Of a DNA stretch of 64,000 nt, positions 1 through 13,800 are shown piece by piece. The number at the start of each line of letters is the position of its first letter. Position 1 is the first letter of the stretch. Origin of the DNA: Macrostomum lignano (Eukaryota); contig NIVC01002818.1 of NCBI GenBank assembly GCA_002269645.1, positions 1-64,000 on the forward strand. The letters are read 5' to 3'. Made by a program: the position numbers and the translations under genes. The notes under the pieces are model-generated. The model saw nothing but the letters and a program-made list of their open reading frames with translations. It was not told the DNA's origin and ran no database searches.

Positions 1-139
1 AAATAAAAACTTCGCAGAGCGCGCGGCGGAGAGAAAAAAGGCGGAACAGAAAGGTGGAGACTTGTTGTTCGATAGTGCCGATTTTTGAGCTCCCTCAGTT
101 TGATTTGCCAACAGTTTAACTCGGCATTGAGTTAATGAG

Positions 140-636
140 CTGCCGTCTGCTGCCGTCTGCTGCCGTCTGCTGCCGTCTGCTGCCTCTCAGTTCAGACGGA
201 CTGCCTTGCCTCCTGCTGCCCCTCTCTTCTCTCACCTCTCTCTCTCTCTCTTGCCTCTCTCCCTCTCTGCCCTCTCCCCCTCCCCTCTCTCCCTCTCTTC
301 CCGCTCTCCCTCTCTCCCCTCTCTCCCTCTCTTTCCGCTCTCCCCTTTCTCCCTCTCTCCCCTCTCTCCCCTCTCTCCCTCTCTCCCTCTCTCGCCTCTC
401 TCCCTCTCTCCCCTCTCTCCCTCTCTCCCCTCTCTCCCCTCTCTCCCTCTCTTCTTCCTCTCTCCCCTCTCTCCCCTCTCTCCCCTCTCTCCCCTCTCTC
501 GCCTCTCTCCCCTCTCTTCCCTCTCTCCCCTCTCTCCCTCTCTCCCTCTCTTCCCTCTCTCCCCTCTCTTCCCTCTCTCCCCTCTCTTCCCTCTCTCCCC
601 TCTCTTCCCTCTCTCCCCTCTCTTCCCTCTCTCCCA
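140..636. repeat. (CTGCCGTCTG)x4 plus CT-rich microsatellite
   Basis: Visible tandem and low-complexity sequence. Confidence 0.9.
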
Positions 637-1944
637 TCTCTGGTTCCAACTGGTTGCATATTAAAGAAGATATGAGAGCTTCATCATGATATCATACTGA
701 GAGCTGTCATATCGTCTGACCAAATGAATTGTCAAATCCAGTGCTCGCCAATCAAACTGCGCTGTCATGTCATGCTCGCTTAATCAGGCACCTCCCTGTC
801 TTCCTATCTCCTATCTATCCATTATTTCCCAGCTCGAACCCCCAAGCCGTAATGCCTGGGTCATTAGTCAGTTTATCGCAGGTGAATTGTCTGGTTATGA
901 ATATATATAATTGCAAGATGGCATTGATGGGGCCCTTCGAACCCAGCCTTCAGCAGCGAATATCCAGCTCTCGGGTTCGGGAATGCCAAACCTCCCCCCC
1001 CCCACATTGCCGTCATGGCCCGGGGCAGACAAAGCTTTTTTTAACAAAATAATTTGGGGAAAAAGTTACCCGCCACGACTTTATTTATCTCTTCCCTTGA
1101 AAGCGTTGCGTGCCGCCGGCCTTGGGTAGGCGAGGAGCTCTTTGTCACCCCCCCCCCCCAGTGAGTCACCGCACAGCAGCTGCTGCAGAGAGTTGAAACA
1201 GCAAAAACAACAAAAAACTTGTCCCCTCGCTTGTCGCGACGAATTCAATTGACGAAACCTTCCTGTGTTGGCACCTGCAGATGCGGTCTGGACTGGAATC
1301 TAATCCCAAATTTGATCTCCCAGCAAAGCGCCGCATGTTTGACAGGCCGTGAGAAGTCGGCCGCCACATCCGGCGTGGACTGCCGCCCACTTCAGCTCAT
1401 TGTGACACAGCACTAGCAGCAATCACTTCGCAAATATGATGGCATTGCTATGGTGGACACGGCATGCCTGGTCGCACTGGTCTGTCAGTTAGGGCGAGCG
1501 GTCAGGCTGAGTGACATGAGAGGGGGGGGTGGCAGCCCATCATCAGGCAGCGCCAAGCTCCCAGCTCCGAGACGTCCTCTCGATGACAAACGCAAAACCA
1601 CTCTGGCAATCTCCCCGCTGCTGCACAGCTCGATTCTCATTGGCTGGCCTTTGTTGGCCAATCAGGCTTGGCTGAGAGATTTTTAAAACTGTGGTTATGG
1701 ATGGAGACAGACAGACGGACTGAAAGGGACAGGCAGGGCGTTGAAAGGCCAGCAACTGCAGTGCATTCTCAATCCACCTGCTGCGAAATCTCCAAAGCGG
1801 TGAGTGGCTTTTCTTCAATTTTGCTTCTTTCTGTTCCATAAGACGCAAATTTCCCCAAGGCCCTCTGCTGCTGCTGCTGCCAATGCAATTTTAATCAGGC
1901 AGGCAAGGCTCGGGAGTACCAGGTGGGCGAGACCGGTTGCGTGA

Positions 1945-2603
1945 CATCCGGGTAGTGAGCAGTGTACCTGAGCAGTGTGCTATATCCGGGTTATTGAGCA
2001 GTGTACCTGAGCAGTGTGCTATATCCGGGTTATTGAGCAGTGTACCTGAGCAGTGTGCAACATCCGGGTAGTGAGCAGTGTACCTGAGCAGTGTACCTGA
2101 GCAGTGTGCTATATCCGGGTTATTGAGCAGTGTACCTGAGCAGTGTGCCACATCCGGGTAGTGAGCAGTGTACCTGAGCAGTGTGCTACATCCGGGTAGT
2201 GAGCAATGTGCCTGAGCAGTGTGCTACATCCGGGTAGTGAGCAGTGTACCTGAGCAGTGTGCTACATCCGGGTAGTGAGCAGTGTACCTGAGCAGTGTGC
2301 TACATCCGGGTAGTGAGCAGTGTACCTGAGCAGTGTGCTACATCCGGGTAGTGAGCAGTGTACCTGAGCAGTGTGCTACATCCGGGTAGTGAGCAGTGTA
2401 CCTGAGCAGTGTGCTACATCCGGGTAGTGAGCAGTGTACCTGAGCAGTGTGCTACATCCGGGTAGTGAGCAGTGTACCTGAGCAGTGTGCTACATCCGGG
2501 TAGTGAGCAGTGTACCTGAGCAGTGTGCTACATCCGGGTAGTGAGCAGTGGACCTGAGCAGTGTGCTACATCCGGGTAGTGAGCAGTGGACCTGAGCAGT
2601 GTG
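1945..2603. repeat. 38-bp minisatellite (CATCCGGGTAGTGAGCAGTGTACCTGAGCAGTGTGCTA)
   Basis: About 17 tandem units. Confidence 0.95.
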
Positions 2604-2984
2604 TTCATCTAATCACGTGAAGATTTTTCCTAGAAATCATTGGGAACTCGCTAAATTAATTCTGAGGCCACGGTCTGAACCATTCAAAAGTTTAAGGCGG
2701 AGAAATCTAGCGATTGAGAAGTCTAAAATGATGAAGAAGGATTCTACGAATTCCCTTTCAACATGAGAGAAATCGAACTTGAAGGCCAATAATTCTGCCA
2801 TCCATGCCAGCGCCATCGCCCAAACTCCCTGCTCCTTTCTCCGCTCCCGCATCTGGGAAAAGTTCTCATTATTGGGCCTGTCATGTTCCTCACACGCGGC
2901 TTGTGCGAGAGTTGGGGGAGCAAGGGGAGTGGAAAGAGTATGGGCAATAGCAAGATTAAAGAAGGCAAAAGAAGAAGGGAGTGA

Positions 2985-3138
2985 CGGATAGAGATAGGGA
3001 TAGAGACAGAGAGAAAATGGCGAGAGACAGGGAAGATAGGGACAGAGACAGGGAGAGAGACAGGGGAGACAGAGAGAGAGAGACAGGGAGAGACAGGGAG
3101 AGACAGTGAGAGAGACAGGGAGAGACAGTAAGAGGGAC

Positions 3139-3170
<32 letters not shown>

Positions 3171-4017
3171 GGAGAGACAGGGAGAGAGACAGGGAGAGAG
3201 ACAGGGAGAGAGACAGGGAGGGAGAGACAGGGAGGGAGAGACAGGGAGAGAAAGAGAGACAGGGAGAGAGAGAGACAGTGAGAGAGACAGGGAGAGAGAC
3301 AGGGAGAGAGACAGGGAGAGAGACAGGGAGAGAGACAGGGAGAGAGACAGGGAGAGAGACAGAGAGAGAGACAGGGGAGACAGAGAGAGACAGAGAGAGA
3401 CAGAGAGAGACAGGGAGAGACAGAGAGAGAGAGAGACAGGGAGAGAGACAGGGGAGACAGAGAGAGAGAGACAGAGAGAGACAGGGAGAGACAGGGAGAG
3501 ACAGGGAGAGAGAGACAGGGAGAGAGAGAGACAGGGAGAGAGAGACAGGGAGAGAGACAGGGAGAGAGAGACAGGGAGAGAGAGACAGGGAGAGAGAGAC
3601 AGGGAGAGAGAGACAGGGAGAGAGAGACAGGGAGAGAGACAGGGAGAGAGACAGGGAGAGAGGCAGGGAGAGAGACAGAGAGAAAAGCAGGGAGAGTGAG
3701 AACAGTGCCAATAAGAATCAGTTACACAACCTGAAAGAGAACTGAACAGTGCCAATAAGAATCAGTTACACAACCTGAAAGAGAACTGAGTAGTGCCAAT
3801 AAGAATCAGTTACACAACCTGAAAGAGAACTGAGTAGTGCCAATAAGAATCAGTTACACAACCTGAAAGAGAACTGAGCAGTGCCAATAAGAATCAGTTA
3901 CACAACCTGAAAGAGAACTGAGTAGTGCCAATAAGAATCAGTTACACAACCTGAAAGAGAACTGAGTAGTGCCAATAAGAATCAGTTACACAACCTGAAA
4001 GAGAACTGAGCAGTGCC
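2985..4017. repeat. GA-rich (GAGAGACAGG) microsatellite followed by a 44-bp minisatellite (from ~3695)
   Basis: Tandem units visible; the 44-bp unit is GAGAACTGAGTAGTGCCAATAAGAATCAGTTACACAACCTGAAA. Confidence 0.95.
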
Positions 4018-7000
4018 ATAAACCACACGCAGACACACACAGGAATAAATGGCGCAGAGAACACAGCGGGGCTATTCATGAGGAAGTTGTTTCACAGATG
4101 ATGAGGCACCGCAGCGTGCAGTGGCAGGCAGCTCAGTGGGGAAGGAGGAGACTCAGTGAGGCGGAGCGGCAGCCATGAATGCCGGGTGCCATGAGAGCCG
4201 GCAGGGCTGGGGAATCTGTGGCCATCTGTATCTCTCGCTCACACAAGCGCGGTACAAGCAACACAAAAGAAGAAGTGCAGGCCCGGCTGCGGCTACGCAC
4301 GGGCCGCCGCCGCCACTGCCGCCTTCTCGCGGCTTGTTGGGAAGTTTGAGCTGCTGCGGGTGTTGCTGCTCCCAGAGCTCTGGCAACCCCCCCCCGTGCC
4401 AGCTGCAATGAGAGCCGCGCAGCTCTGCCCTTCTGCCCATCTCTCCCTCTTTTGCTCTTTTTTACGGTTGCCGGGCGGCTTTCGCTGCAGCCCCCCCGCC
4501 CCCCGAGGCGGCGCGCCATTGATCTGGCGGTTTTGATCGAAGGCGCAGAAAGTCAGCCAGCAGCCCCGCCATCTCCCTCATCAATTATCGAATATCGATA
4601 AAGGTAGCAGCCGCTACCTGCCGTGCCAATTATAAAAATCCCCAGACTTCTGCTCCCAGGAGAAGAGCTGGATGAGCTGACTCTTATTATCTGCAGACCA
4701 GGGGTGGGGTTATCATTATCCATTGAGAAGGTGCCGGCAGTCCTGGGGTGCGACGTCCGGCTTTTTTCTGGGAAGAGGGAGGGGAGCTGCAGCAGCAGGT
4801 CACGCGAGGCGGGATTCCAAAAAATCTGCCTTAAAAATCCGGGCCAGTCAGAAGAAGAAATGGGTGACAATAGCGGTCTGTGCCCAGCAGTCATTGTGCT
4901 GCTCAAGTTGGTAGCGTGCGGCCCACTGTGGCAGGGGTCGGGGCTTGAAGAGCCTCCTTGAAGCTGCAGTCAGCCAGCCCTGATCCGCAAGAAGTTGACC
5001 GGCGTGTTTGTCGCACCTGTCAGTCATTAGCGCACCCGCAAACAAAAGCTGTCGGTGTGGGGGGTTGCGGGGCACAAAAAACACACAAAGCTGGTGTGTG
5101 GAAATTGCTGAAGAAGCGGGCAGGCAGGCAGGGCAATGAGGCTAATTAGCTTGTCACCTTTGCCCGCGTGAAAGCGCAGGGGGTTGAGGGCTTCATTAGC
5201 AGTTGGAAAAGCAAGGCTTCAATTAAGCAGATTCTTTTGACATCAAAATATTCGGGATATTTTGAGGGCTGTCTTTTGCGCGAAAAAATGCACTACGAAG
5301 AGAGATGGAAAAATAGAAATAATAGATGACAAAAAAATACAAACAAAAAACCAACGAAAATGGCCTTTTATTTGGTTTCTCCTTTCACTGCCTCTTAGTT
5401 CATTCACCAAAACTAGAAAAAACTGTGTGAGTCTCTTGCTTTTGCACACGAAGCTTTACAGAAACTCAGGGCAGCGATAAGACTGGAGGCAGGTTGTACT
5501 AAAAATGAGCTGTCAATCTGCTTCCGGATCCCGATTTCCGCAGCGCATTTTTCTAAGAAAAGAACGAGGTTTCCCGATTTCTGCTTAAGTCGTCCTTGGA
5601 AGAAGGCAAGATTTCTTCCACTGTGTCTACCTGGGCCTTCTCGGCCTTCAAAGCGATGCAAATGAAGGCCTCATCAGTGAGAGTTTTATGGGATCTTGAA
5701 AATGCGGTCGATCAGCCTGCAAGGCGACTGACTCACCGGGCCTATCAATCAGACACGGGTCTGGCTGGCATTACCGGTTGCCAAGGCCGACCGTGCTGGC
5801 CAGGTTACAGATAGATACAGAATATGAAGTCTCAGGCGTATTTGCATTCATCTTTGAGCAGCTTGGATTACGCAACCGCTCCCTTCCCCATCCCCTCCCA
5901 CCTCAGCGCCTGAAAAGGAGAACAGGGGCAAATCTTTAAAATATCCCCACGGCTCCAGCTGGGGAATTTATCCCCAAATCTTCATATTTCTTGACGGAAA
6001 TGTTTCTTTTTAGGCTGGCATGGGAAAATGGGAAAATTCTTTCAGATGTCAATCTGGGGGCGCGAGACGGACAGGCCAGCGAGTTTGAGCAAATCCAATT
6101 CTGCCTGCTCAGGCGGGCCGGCAGGGCGCGAACATTTGATGAGATTCTGCACTGTTTGGGCCGCAAGGATTGTCGCAAAAAATCCCTTTCCGATTCACAA
6201 AACTGCCTGGCTGATGAAGCTGTGCGGAGGCTGGACAATGCGGACCAGAGTGATTCACTTATCCCTCATCAAGTTCAGCCAGAGATTCTTCATGGGGATC
6301 GGGGAAGCGCGTGGGCGAAAAGGTGTTGCCTTGCTGCTCGAGCTCTAATCTGATGCAGGCGGGATGCTGGGCCGTCTGATTGCCATCTCCTGTCTGCACC
6401 CTTTGACCCCTCGGCCATGAAAACTGGGGATTTGGATCCGGGCCGATCTCGAAGGGTCTCCACGGATCCGGGACTCGCGCGCTCATGGACGGAGGCGGAC
6501 CCTCCAGCCCCGCTCACTTAATTAGTTTGCCCCGAGCTGGCTTAGCAACGCGCAGCGGGGGGTCCGAGCCGGGCTGACTTCCCCCCCCCCCCGGCTATTG
6601 CGTAACTCCCGGCCAGCTTTTGAAGCAAATCTGTTTTAATCGGCGCTGGTAAATGTTGCGAGATTGCAGCAGAATTTCTCTGCCTCGATTTTCAATGCGC
6701 AGCAGAGGCGGATGCAGCCCCCCCCCAGCCAGCCTCCGAGTCCCCCAGGTGTCACTCAGCCAGAGCAATGACTTCACAGCTCAGGTGACTTTGCTCTGCT
6801 GTCGCTATCTCTCGGCCAGGTGGTTAATGCCGCTCCGGATTAGAGGCTAATCCTCGCAATCAGGCGGTGTGCAGGTGGTCTCGAGCCGGTCGAACCGCGC
6901 GTGTGCTCTGCTCTGTTTATTGGGATAATTATTGCCACATAATTGAAGCTTTGATGATGACGCGGCTTCTGGCTGGGAGTTCAAGCAGTTCAGTTTTTTG

Positions 7001-7068
7001 TAACAAGGGTTGCGGGCACTCGAAAGGCCTGAGCAGCCCCTGACACTCAAAGGTTCTTCCCTGAAACC

Positions 7069-7360
7069 TAAAGTGTCTTCTGACGCACAAAGTGTCTCCT
7101 CTGACACCCAAAGTGTCTCCCCTGACGCACAAAGTGTCTCCTCTGACGCACAAAGTGTCTCCTCTGACACCCAAAGTGTCTCATCTGACACCCAAAGTGT
7201 CTCCTCTGACACCCAAAGTGTCTCATCTGACACCCAAAGTGTCTCCTCTGACACCCAAAGTGTCTCATCTGACACCCAAAGTGTCTCATCTGACACCCAA
7301 AGTGTCTCCTCTGACACCCAAAGTGTCTCCTCTGACACCCAAAGTGTCTCACCTGACACA
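7069..7360. repeat. 21-bp minisatellite (CTGACACCCAAAGTGTCTCCT)
   Basis: Tandem units just upstream of the Fat exon at 7449. Confidence 0.95.
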
Positions 7361-7448
7361 CAAGTGGCGGCTTGGAGGCCCTGACACCCAACTGCTTATT
7401 AAAAGTACAAGCCGCCCAGCTTCATCGCCAGCCTCCCCGAACCGCTAG

Positions 7449-10400
7449 GCCGCAACCGGCGCATTCGCTACAGCATCGAGCCGCGCACGGCCGAGTCCAG
7501 CTGCTTCCGCCTCGACCCGTCAGCCGGGCTGCTCAGCCTCGAGTTCCAGAAGCTCGACCGGGAGGCCAACCCGCTTCACCGCATCGTCATCGTTGCCAGG
7601 GACTGCGGGGAGCCGCCGCTCAGCGCCAGCGTCACCGCCACCCTCAGCCTCATGGACGTCAACGACAACCCGCCCGAGTTCGAGCAGCCCAGCCCGACGG
7701 TCAACCTGTCCGAGGCCGTCCCGGTTGGTCACGTGATCACCCGGCTGCGAGCCACCAGCCGCGACTCCGGCAGGAACGCCGAGATTCGGTATCGACTGCT
7801 GGACTCCGCCGGGCTTTTCAACCTGTCTGAGCTGACCGGTGAGTGACAGCTGGGGTGGGGGTCAAATTTGAGTTGGAGAGGGGAACTTGAGAGAAGAGTA
7901 GAAGAGAGAGAAGTAGAGATGCTTAGATAGAGGCAGGGGGCTGTGTGCACCACCGGGGAGAGCATTGCTGCCCATTCCGCCGACTCCCCTGAGCAGGCAC
8001 ACAAGCGCACGGGTTACGTACGCAGTCACACAGGAGTGCACAGCGGCCCTAACTTTATTTATATCGTTAGGCATGTACACTACACTGTGCCTTGGGGGTT
8101 GGCCCTTAAGGTTGTTAATTTCATGAGCAGACCCAAGCCGAGATTCAGATTTTGCCCCAAATTAATGTGACTGTACTGGGAATCGAGCCTGGGCCGCTGG
8201 CGCATCACAGAGCGCCGCACTGGACTATTAGGCTACGGCCTGAAGTAGATGTGAGAAGTAGAGATGAGGGAAGTAGAGATGAGAGAAGTAGAGATGAGAA
8301 AAGTAGAGATGAGAGAAGTAGAGATGAGAGAAGTAGAGATGAGAGAAGTAGAGATGAGAGAAGTAGAGATGAGAGAAGTAGAGATGAGAGAAGTAGAGAT
8401 GAGAGAAGTAGAGATGAGAGAAGTAGAGATGAGAGAAGTAGAGATGAGAGAAGTAGAGATGAGAGAAGTAGAGATGAGAGAAGTAGAGATTAGAGAAGTA
8501 GAGATGAGAGAAGTAGAGATGATGGAAGTAGAGATGAGAGAAGTAGAGATGAGAGAAGTAGAGATGAGGGAAGTAGAGATGAGAGAAGTAGAGATGAGAG
8601 AAGTAGAGATGAGGGAAGTAGAGATGAGAGAAGTAGAGATGAGGGAAGTAGAGATGAGAGAAGTAGAGATGAGAGAAGTAGAGATGAGAGAAGTAGAGAT
8701 GAGAGAAGTAGAGATGAGGGAAGTAGAGATGAGGGAAGTAGAGATGAGGGAAGTAGAGATGAGGGAAGTAGAGATGAGGGAAGTAGAGATGAGAGAAGTA
8801 GAGATGAGAGAAGTAGAGATGAGAGAAGTAGAGATAAAGGAAGCAGGGCTGTAGAAATGAGAGCCGGATTGCTTCCATCTTGTTAGCATGAGCCCCAGTC
8901 GATAAAATGGGGTTGGCGCTTCAACCTGCGCCAGACTGACAGCCGAAGACAAAAGACAGCAAAGATTTCCACACACTCAGCCCTGACAAGCCAGCAAGCA
9001 CTTTTATGACAGCTCATGGAGTTGGGATGCGACCTGCGTGATCCGCTGGCTTCTCCCGGTCGCTACTTTCTGATCGATTGTCAGCGCGGGTTTCCCGCTG
9101 CAGTCCTCGCCAGTTGCTTTCGGATTTCCTGTTCGTTTAGAAAAAGAAGAGCCGGACAGAGTTTCAACAAAGTTCCAGGTCAAGAGGGGCTGACTGGCGT
9201 CTCCTTGGGGAGCTCCCGGCCCATCATTCACGGCCTGCGTGGGCCGAGATGTCAATCTCGCAGCATCCGCCCCGTGCGGCGTGCGCAGTTGGTCATCCCG
9301 GAGCTCCGAGTTATCGCAGCTGCGGCGGTTTGTTCAGACCCGCAGGAATTTATTAGCAGTTAAGAGGGGGAAGGGACGGCGAGGTGAGGAAAATGCCATC
9401 GGTTGTTGAACCAATTTTGGGTCATAAAAAATAGGGGAACTACCTGCTTTCACGGCCTGTTGACACCCGGGCGGCTGGGCGGAGGGCCGGTTTCCCCGAA
9501 CAGCTCGCGAGAAAGTGCGTCCCGACCACGGCCGCTGGAAGTTGCCGAGTTTTGCTTGGGCTGGGGGGGGGGTGGCAGTAGCTGGGATAAACAGCCAGAC
9601 GGTCCCAGGGGATTTTCTGGAAAGCAGCGGCACTTCTTGCTGGCGCCTGTGCGGTCCGCTGCCTTTTTGCAACGGTGGATTTTTTATTTATTGGAAGCCT
9701 TTTATTGCCCATTATCTGCACCGCAGTGGGGGGGGGCAACTCAGCCAGAGCAATTTGCGGTTCAGCACTTTGTTGGATTTTGCTCGCTTTTGATTCTATT
9801 CATTGCTTGCCTGCCACGGATTCTGCTTCTGCTTCTACTCTCAGTGTCTACTCTCAGTGTCTACTCTCAGTGTCTACTCTCAGTGTCTACTCTCAGTGTC
9901 TACTCTCAGTGTCTACTCTGAGTGTCTGCTCTCAGTGTCTATATTCTCAGTGTCTACTCTCAGTGTCTACTCTCAGTGTCTACTTTCAGTGTCTACTCTC
10001 AGTGTCTACTTTCAGTGTCTACTCTCAGTGTCTACTGTCAGTGTCTATACTCTCAGTGTCTACTTTCAGTGTCTACTCTCAGTGTCTACTGTCAGTGTCT
10101 ATACTCTGTGTCTACTTTCAGTGTCTATACTCTCAGTGTCTACTCTCAGTGTCTATATTCTCAGTGTCTACTCTCAGTGTCTGCTCTCAGCGCTTACTTC
10201 AGTCTCTACTCATTGTCTACTGTAAGTCTCTGCTTCTACACTTCCCGTGACTACTCTTAATGTTCATTTCAATCTCCCCATGTCAAGCAATTATTTACTT
10301 CTTTACCACCTGCATTTGCTAATTACTTTTCACTCGTCTTCAATCCATCTTAAGGTTCGCGGTTTTTTCTCTCTCGGAAGAGGCATTCGCGAATCAAGGC

Positions 10401-10704
10401 AGTCGGGAGGCGGGAGCGCCAAGAAAGTTTAAGGGATAATTTTCCCCTATCATTTCGATGGAGAGCGGGGGACACCTGCTGTGCTCGCTGGGGCCGACAC
10501 TGCCGTTGCCGGGACGTTGCTGGGGTCCGCGCTCGGCGGGAATTCAGCAGCAAAGCGGCTGAAAGTCGGGCCGCGTGTTGCCTCTGACAACAACTGAAAA
10601 CTGCTGCTGTCTTAGCAGCTTCCCTTGCGGCTCTTGGGGCTGAGAGATTCTGCGATTGGATCTTTCTGGTGGCTGTCTGTCGGGTCCGCCTGTGTGCGTG
10701 TGTG

Positions 10705-10752
<48 letters not shown>

Positions 10753-10753
10753 G

Positions 10754-10827
<74 letters not shown>

Positions 10828-10828
10828 A

Positions 10829-10897
<69 letters not shown>

Positions 10898-13800
10898 GCC
10901 TGTCGCAGCCCTCGCTGCATAAGAAAAAGATAAGCAAACCGACGCCCCTCTTGATTGCCGGCAGAGAAGAGGAGGGCTGCAAAAAGCCTTCACCGTGGGG
11001 TACCAGCTTTTTCCTGAATGGGATTCTCGCCAGGCAGCCCAAATCCCAAATATTATTAAAAACTCGCTCTCCACGCTGCAAGAGTGTCGGGCGAGGCGAG
11101 GCAGCAGCCTCCCTTCCCCAGCATCCCAGACTTCTCCATCATCGCCCAGCTGCCAGCTTCATTTTCTGTCTCCTGCGCCGCTCTGCTTGGCCGAAGCAGC
11201 AAATGCAGCAGCACCTGCCAGCGAGCCGCAGCCACTTTAGCGGCCCATCCGGTGCCGCCTCCCCGCCCCCCCCCTGACCAACTTGAATGACAGATATGAT
11301 CAACTGTGTTTGTCAGGTGGGCCGCGGAACTGGCAGCAGCAGCAGAGCCGGGAAAAGCCATTTCTATTCTGGCCGGATGAAAGAGGCAGAATTCTTTTTT
11401 CTCTACATTTTAGTTGCCATGCGAACTGACCCTCCCGACCCCTGGGCCTCATTGTCTGCCGCGAAACAGACCCTCCCCAGGGGAGGCGGGCGGGCGGCCC
11501 AGCAGATCTGCTAAGATCACCTCCCGCCGGCTGTCCATCTTTCATTCTCGCCGTTTCGGCCTCCCTTTTCACCGTGCAGCTTTCAGGGGCGGCTGATCAT
11601 CGGGTGGGTCATGGGGTGGGTCATGGGGTGGGTCATGGGGTGGGTCATGGGGTGGGTCAACCGGTAAATCATGGGGTGGGTCATCGGGTTGATCATCGGG
11701 TGGGTCATTGGGTGGGTCATGGGGTGGATCATTGGGAGACAGACTGAGAGTCTGGCTTGAGAGACAGGATGGGGGAGAGTCTGGCTGAGAGACTGGATGG
11801 GATAGAGTCTGGCTGAGAGACAGGATGGGGGAGAGTCTGGCTGAGAGACAGGATGGGATAGAGTCTGGCTGAGAGACAGGATGGGGGAGAGTCTGGCTGA
11901 GAGACAGGATGGGGAGAGTCTGGCTGAGAGACAGGATGGGATAGAGTCTGGCTGAGAGACAGGATGGGGGAGAGTCTGGCTGAGAGACAGGATGGGGGAG
12001 AGTCTGGCTGAGAGACAGGATGGGATAGAGTCTGGCTGAGAGACAGGATGGGGGAGAGTCTGGCTGAGAGACAGGATGGGATAGAGTCTGGCTGAGAGAC
12101 TGGATGGGATAGAGTCTGGCTGAGAGACAGGATGGGGGAGAGTCTGGCTGAGAGACAGGATGGGATAGAGTCTGGCTGAGAGACAGGATGGGATAGAGTC
12201 TGGCTGAGAGAAAGGATGGGGAGAGTCTGGCTGAGAGACAGGATGGGATAGAGTCTGGCTGAGAGACAGGATGGGGGAGAGTCTGGCTGAGAGACAGGAT
12301 GGGGAGAGTCTGGCTGAGAGACAGGATGGGATAGAGTCTGGCTGAGAGACAGGATGGGATAGAGTCTGGCTGAGAGACAGGATGGGGAGAGTCTGTCTGA
12401 GAGACAGGATGGGATAGAGTCTGGCTGAGAGACAGGATGGGGGAGAGTCTGGCTGAGAGACAGGATGGGGGAGAGTCTGGCTGAGAGACAGGATGGGATA
12501 GAGTCTGGCTGAGAGACAGGATGGGGGAGAGTCTGGCTGAGAGACAGGATGGGGGAGAGTCTGGCTGAGAGACAGGATGGGATAGAGTCTGGCTGAGAGA
12601 CAGGATGGGGGAGAGTCTGGCTGAGAGACAGGATGGGGGAGAGTCTGGCTGAGAGACAGGATGGGATAGAGTCTGGCTGAGAGACAGGATGGGGGAGAGT
12701 TTGGCTGAGAGACAGGATGGGATAGATTCTGGCTGAGAGACAGGATGGGGGAGAGTCTGGCTGAGAGACAGGATGGGGGAGAGTCTGGCTGAGAGACAGG
12801 ATGGGGGAGAGTCTGGCTGAGAGACAGGATGGGGGAGAGTCTGGCTGAGAGACAGGATGGGGGAGAGTCTGGCTGAGAGACAGGGTGGGGGAGAGTCTGG
12901 CTGAGAGACAGGATGGGATAGAGTCTGGCTGAGAGACAGGATGGGATAGAGTCTGGCTGAGAGACAGGATGGGGGAGAGTCTGGCTGAGAGAAAGGATGG
13001 GGGAGAGTCTGGCTGAGAGAAAGGATGGGGGAGAGTCTGGCTGAGAGACAGGGTGGGGGAGAGTCTGGCTTGAGAGACAGGATGGGGGAGAGTCTGGCTG
13101 AGAGACAGGGTGAGAGTCTGCCTGTGACAGTGAAGTGGAGCCACTGTTTAATAAAATGAACTGACTCTCATTCCCATTAAGCCATAAAACGCAGCCCCCG
13201 CAGCCCAGGCAGAAGCGGGAAATGGGGATCGCGTCCCCGATCCGGGTCATATTTTTCACACGGAGGCGGCGGAGATTGTCGCCAAGGGAGCCGGCATGAA
13301 ATCGTCGTCAACTTCTGTGGAATTTTTGCGTTTCCAATTCGAAGCCCCCCTTGGGGAGGTGGCGAAGGCTGAAGTGCTCGCAGCCTCTCCCGAATCCTCT
13401 GACGTGGGTGCTGTTATTGCGACCCGGGAATTCCGGATCCCCCCAGCCGCTGCCCGCCTTTGTCTCTCTGCGCGCGGCAGCTGGGAACTTTTCATTGCTC
13501 CCGCGGAGGGCGGCTCGAAAGCGGACCTTCTTCCCAACAGGCTTGGCGGCTAAAATCCTCCACAGCCAGCCATGCAGCTTCATCGAGCGGGAAACTCAAC
13601 TTCTTTGAAGCCGCCTCTTCGTGAGCGAGAGAGCTGCGCCTTTGACCGCAGGCGAGTCCGCTGGGGATGAGAGAAGTCGCTGCTCTCAAAGTGTTTTTTG
13701 GCCCGAGCGCGAGATGCTGGCTCGAGAAGGTCGGGCTGGAGAGGTCGCGGGGGTCGCCGCGGCAGACGGGGTCCGAACAAAGGAGACACGGTAGAGAGGC

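Noticed and set aside
1945-4017. CRISPR-like regular repeats (38-bp and 44-bp; also 41-bp at 13940 and 49-bp at 59938)
   Set aside because: Units are head-to-tail with no unique spacers, no cas genes are present, and the context is eukaryotic.
5630-5682. Hammerhead-like core on the minus strand: CTGATGA-GGCCTTCA...TGAAGGCC-GAGA
   Set aside because: Stem II is perfect, but the core reads GAGA instead of GAAA and I could not form stems I and III with a valid NUH site.
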